Shown here: one piece after another, positions 60,756 to 64,000 of the stretch
How positions within the stretch are numbered: the first letter of the stretch is position 1
How the letters are laid out: the number at the start of each line of letters is the position of its first letter
Assembly: GCF_004765795.1 (NCBI RefSeq)
Contig: NZ_SBIV01000006.1
Span: 62,001 to 126,000, forward strand
Source: Halorussus marinus
GTDB taxonomy: Archaea; Halobacteriota; Halobacteria; Halobacteriales; Haladaptataceae
Length of the DNA: 64,000 nucleotides
Reading direction: 5' to 3'
The notes under the pieces: model-generated
Told to the model about the DNA's origin: nothing
Databases searched by the model: none
The model's input: the letters and a program-made list of their open reading frames with translations, nothing else
Position numbers and translations under genes: made by a program

Positions 60756-60855
60756 TCCGAGTCGACGCCGCGCCCACTTAAATTCCGCGCCGGCAGACCG
60801 TCGGCCCGACCGCCGGTAGCGAGACGCTTACGGGGATGGGCGCCAACGTCGAACT

Positions 60856-61371
60856 GTGAACCGAACGCGGTTCCTGTTCGGACTGGCGGCGGTGCTCGCG
60901 GGCATCGCCACGCTCCAGTTCGTGCTGGCGTTCGTCTACTCGCCGGCCCTGCTGGGGGTGGCGCTCCCGTTCGGCGCGGCCGCGTATCTGGTGTGGTACC
61001 AGGCGAGCGGTCGACTCCGCGAGCGCGTCGAGCGCGGGCGGGCAGGCCAATATCGTGACCGCGGGACCGAGGCCGGGGGGTTCGGCGCCGGCCCGCGAGA
61101 GTCGTTCTCGGGACGCCGGGGCGGGTTCGGCGACCGCGAGGCCGGGGGCGGCCGTCGCCGCCGGACTCGCGGGGCGGCCGGCCCCCGGACCGACGCCGGC
61201 CCGACCGCGGCCGAGGCGTACCGAACGCTCGGCCTCGACGCCGACGCCGACGAGGAGGCGGTCCGGGAGGCGTACCGCGAGCGCGTGAAGTCGGTCCACC
61301 CGGACCGCGAGGGCGGCGACGAGGAGGCGTTCAAACGGGTCAACGACGCCTACGAGCGCCTCCGGGAGTAG
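60856..61371 (+). CDS. Membrane-anchored J-domain (DnaJ-like) protein
   Basis: Two N-terminal TM helices, Gly/Arg linker, C-terminal J domain with HPD. Confidence 0.9.
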   Translation: MNRTRFLFGLAAVLAGIATLQFVLAFVYSPALLGVALPFGAAAYLVWYQASGRLRERVERGRAGQYRDRGTEAGGFGAGPRESFSGRRGGFGDREAGGGRRRRTRGAAGPRTDAGPTAAEAYRTLGLDADADEEAVREAYRERVKSVHPDREGGDEEAFKRVNDAYERLRE

Positions 61372-61596
61372 ACGATCCGGGGTCGGCGGGCCGACCGCGG
61401 GGACGTGCTAAATATCAGTGTCTCGGCAGTTCCGAGATGGGACCTCTCAGTTCCTGCAAAACGACTACTGCTCTCTTGGCGATCCAAATCCTCCGCGACT
61501 GTCGGTTGTCTCGCTTTCGTATTCGGTCGCAGGGGTGATGTTTTTTATACGGGGCCTGCGGATGTGAGATCGAACGCAGTCCCCGCGGTGACTACC

Positions 61597-62613
61597 ATGT
61601 TGCAGGAAATGGACCAGTCGGAGTTCGGGCAGTTCGTGGCGGCCCTCTGGGACCAGCAGGGCTGGGAGACGCAGGTCAAGACCGACGACGGTCGGACGTT
61701 CGTCGCGGTCCAGCGCCCCGAGACCGGCGACGAGGGACTGCTCTGGGCGATCCCGGCCTCGGCCGGCGAGGTCGGCGGCAAGCAGGTCCAGCAGTTCGTC
61801 AAACTCTGTCGGGAGTACGGTGTCGACGAGGCCGCCATCGTCTCGGCGGGGTCGGCCTCCGACCACGCCGAGAAGGCCGCCCAGGGGACCCAGATCAAAC
61901 TGCTCGACGGTGAGGGCGTGATGACGTTCCTAGAGCGTCGCGACATGACCGATCTGCTCGAACGCCACGCCGGGGGCGCGACCGGAGGCGGATCGGACGG
62001 CGGGTCGCCGGTCGACCGAGTCCGGGCGATCGCCGAGACCGCGGTCGGGCGCGTCTCGGGCCTCGCCGGCGGGGTCGACTCGCGGGGGCTCGCACTCGCG
62101 GTGGTCGTCGCGGTCGCGATCGTCGCGGCCGGGGTGCTCGGCGTACCGTCGATCCCGTTCATCGGCGGGGGCGGCGACGACATCACCGCCGAGTCGGTCT
62201 CCCCCGAGGGGGCGAACGCCAGCCTCTACGTCGCGTGGAACGCCGCGACGACCGACACGATCGACCCCAACGAGTCCGACGAGTTGGCCTACCGGGCGCC
62301 CGAGGGGACCCGGTTCGTCGTGGTTCGGATGTCGGTCAACAACACCGGCGAAACACAGACGCCGTTACGACAGGCCGCGTTCCGGTTCCGAGCCAACGGC
62401 ACGACCTACGACAACCAGACGCTGGCCGACCACGACGGCTTCGTCGACCTCCCGATGGGGCCGACATCGAACCGCGTGGTCTGGACCGTGTTCGTGGTTC
62501 CCGAGGGGGTTTCGGGCGGCACGCTCGTGTACGACCAGAACGCGACCGACGCGACGGTGGCCGTCGAGTTCGAGCGCGACACCGCCATCTCGACGAACGT
62601 GACCGCGCGGTGA
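61597..62613 (+). CDS. Mrr-like restriction endonuclease-fold domain, TM helix and DUF4352-like extracellular domain
   Basis: LQEMDQSEF..FVAALW..QGW, VGGKQVQ, AAIVS, IKLLDG; one TM helix; C-terminal FVVVRMSVNNTG...VFVVP with many NxT/S sequons. Confidence 0.72.
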   Translation: MLQEMDQSEFGQFVAALWDQQGWETQVKTDDGRTFVAVQRPETGDEGLLWAIPASAGEVGGKQVQQFVKLCREYGVDEAAIVSAGSASDHAEKAAQGTQIKLLDGEGVMTFLERRDMTDLLERHAGGATGGGSDGGSPVDRVRAIAETAVGRVSGLAGGVDSRGLALAVVVAVAIVAAGVLGVPSIPFIGGGGDDITAESVSPEGANASLYVAWNAATTDTIDPNESDELAYRAPEGTRFVVVRMSVNNTGETQTPLRQAAFRFRANGTTYDNQTLADHDGFVDLPMGPTSNRVVWTVFVVPEGVSGGTLVYDQNATDATVAVEFERDTAISTNVTAR

Positions 62614-62685
62614 CTCCCCGAACCCGTGGTACTGCGCCTCACACTCCGGGCAAGGCTTTTGCCGACTCCGGCCTAATCGCGCGGT

Positions 62686-64000
62686 ATGTGCCCTAACCGG
62701 GCCACGTTGCAACGCGCTCTCGATCGCGGCGAGCGAGAGGGCGGCAGCGTCGAGTTCAAGGAGCGACTCACCAGAGACCTCCACCTCGGGGACGGTCGGA
62801 TGGAGAGTCTGGCGGCACAGCTCAGACACCGCGTGCTGTCGGGCGACGGCGAGGCCACTTACGTGGTCGGCGTCACCGACGACGGCGGGATCGCGGGAAT
62901 CAGCCACGACGCCTTCTCGGAGTCGATGGACGTGCTGAGCCTGCTCGCCGAGGAGGCGGGCGCCCACATCGAGGACGTCCAGACGTGGGGGATCGACGAC
63001 GACGGGTCGGTGGCGACCAACCGCGACGGCGGGGCCGACGGCCTCGTCGGCGTGGCGACGATCCGGGAGGGCGCGATGCTCGACACCGACAGCGACCACA
63101 TCGTCGTCGGGACCGCGGGCCACGTCGACCACGGCAAGTCCACGCTGGTCGGGTCGCTGGTGACCGGGCAGGCCGACGACGGCGAGGGCGGCACCCGGGG
63201 CTACCTCGACGTCCAGCCCCACGAGGTCGAGCGGGGGCTCTCGGCCGACCTCTCGTACGGCGTCTACGGCTTCGACGGCGAGGGGCCGGTCCGGATGGAC
63301 AACCCCCACCGGAAGTCCGACCGCGCCCGGGTGGTCGAGGAGTCCGATCGGCTGGTGTCGTTCGTCGACACCGTCGGCCACGAGCCGTGGCTCCGGACCA
63401 CGATCCGGGGGCTGGTGGGTCAGAAGCTCGACTACGGCCTGCTGACCGTGGCGGCCGACGACGGCCCCACGAAGACGACCCGCGAGCACCTCGGGGTGTT
63501 GCTCGCGACCGAACTCCCGACCATCGTCGCGATCACCAAGGCCGACGCGGTCACCGACGACCGCCTCGCCGAGGTCGAGCGGGCGGTCGAGCGCCTGCTC
63601 CGGGACGCGGGCAAGACCCCGCTCCGGATCGAGCGCTACGGCGTCGACGCCGCGGTCGAGGAGATCGACGAGAGCGTGGTCCCGGTGCTCACTACCAGCG
63701 CGGTCACGATGACGGGGCTCGACACCCTCGACGAGCTGTTCGAGCGCCTCCCCAAAACCACCGCCGACGCCGGGGAGTTCCGGATGTACATCGACCGGAG
63801 CTACTCGGTCACCGGCGTGGGAGCGGTCGCGTCGGGCACCATCATGGCCGGAGAGGTCGAGGCGGGCGACGAACTCCTGCTCGGGCCGATGGCCGACGGC
63901 GAGTTCCGGGAAGTCGAGGTGCGGTCGATCGAGATGCACTACCACCGGGTCGATCGGGCGACGGCCGGCCGGATCGTCGGCATCGCGCTGAAGGGCGTCC
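62686..64000 (+). CDS. GTPBP1-family translational GTPase (3' end beyond the window)
   Basis: N-terminal GGSVEFKERL; G1 GHVDHGKST, G3 DTVGHE, G4 TKAD; frame stays open to the window end. Confidence 0.92.
   Translation, partial: MCPNRATLQRALDRGEREGGSVEFKERLTRDLHLGDGRMESLAAQLRHRVLSGDGEATYVVGVTDDGGIAGISHDAFSESMDVLSLLAEEAGAHIEDVQTWGIDDDGSVATNRDGGADGLVGVATIREGAMLDTDSDHIVVGTAGHVDHGKSTLVGSLVTGQADDGEGGTRGYLDVQPHEVERGLSADLSYGVYGFDGEGPVRMDNPHRKSDRARVVEESDRLVSFVDTVGHEPWLRTTIRGLVGQKLDYGLLTVAADDGPTKTTREHLGVLLATELPTIVAITKADAVTDDRLAEVERAVERLLRDAGKTPLRIERYGVDAAVEEIDESVVPVLTTSAVTMTGLDTLDELFERLPKTTADAGEFRMYIDRSYSVTGVGAVASGTIMAGEVEAGDELLLGPMADGEFREVEVRSIEMHYHRVDRATAGRIVGIALKGV

Noticed and set aside
60556..60777. 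73-aa minus-strand ORF over the ncRNA candidate
   Set aside because: Basic and low-complexity, and its GTG lies directly beside the TATA box, upstream of the likely transcription start
62686..64000. SelB or EF-1A assignment for the GTPase
   Set aside because: The N-terminal VEFK extension and DTVGHE motif fit GTPBP1; there are no selenocysteine genes in the window

Overview
Very GC-rich window with strongly acidic predicted proteins and archaeal marker genes (aIF-5A, archaeal-type DnaG, GTPBP1, aVLRF1, TrmB), i.e. core chromosome of a halophilic archaeon (class Halobacteria). About 60 CDS are supported: a prkA-prkA-yeaH-spoVR operon, aIF5A-agmatinase, a ZIP transporter, Hsp20-AarF kinase, moeA1/moeA2, hemA, cspA, two uppS-family genes, dnaG, NhaC and SSS transporters, an FNT-USP fusion, pdxS, thrB, two orphan PAS histidine kinases, lrp/carA, and an incomplete GTPBP1 gene at the right edge. 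I found no rRNA, tRNA, CRISPR array, transposase or integrase. The most interesting signals are non-coding: (1) a ~160-nt minus-strand structured RNA candidate at ~60594-60755 with its own TATA box, a canonical kink-turn and G-U pairs that fix the strand; (2) a ~330-nt multi-hairpin leader with mutually exclusive pairings in front of the prkA operon; (3) a 17-codon ORF coupled to hemA that duplicates the HemA N-terminus; (4) several operator-like palindromes and phased repeats. One protein also stands out: an apparently catalytically dead Mrr-like domain fused to a transmembrane helix and an extracellular domain. Family and DUF names are from my recognition of motifs, not from database searches, and all RNA structures were folded by eye.
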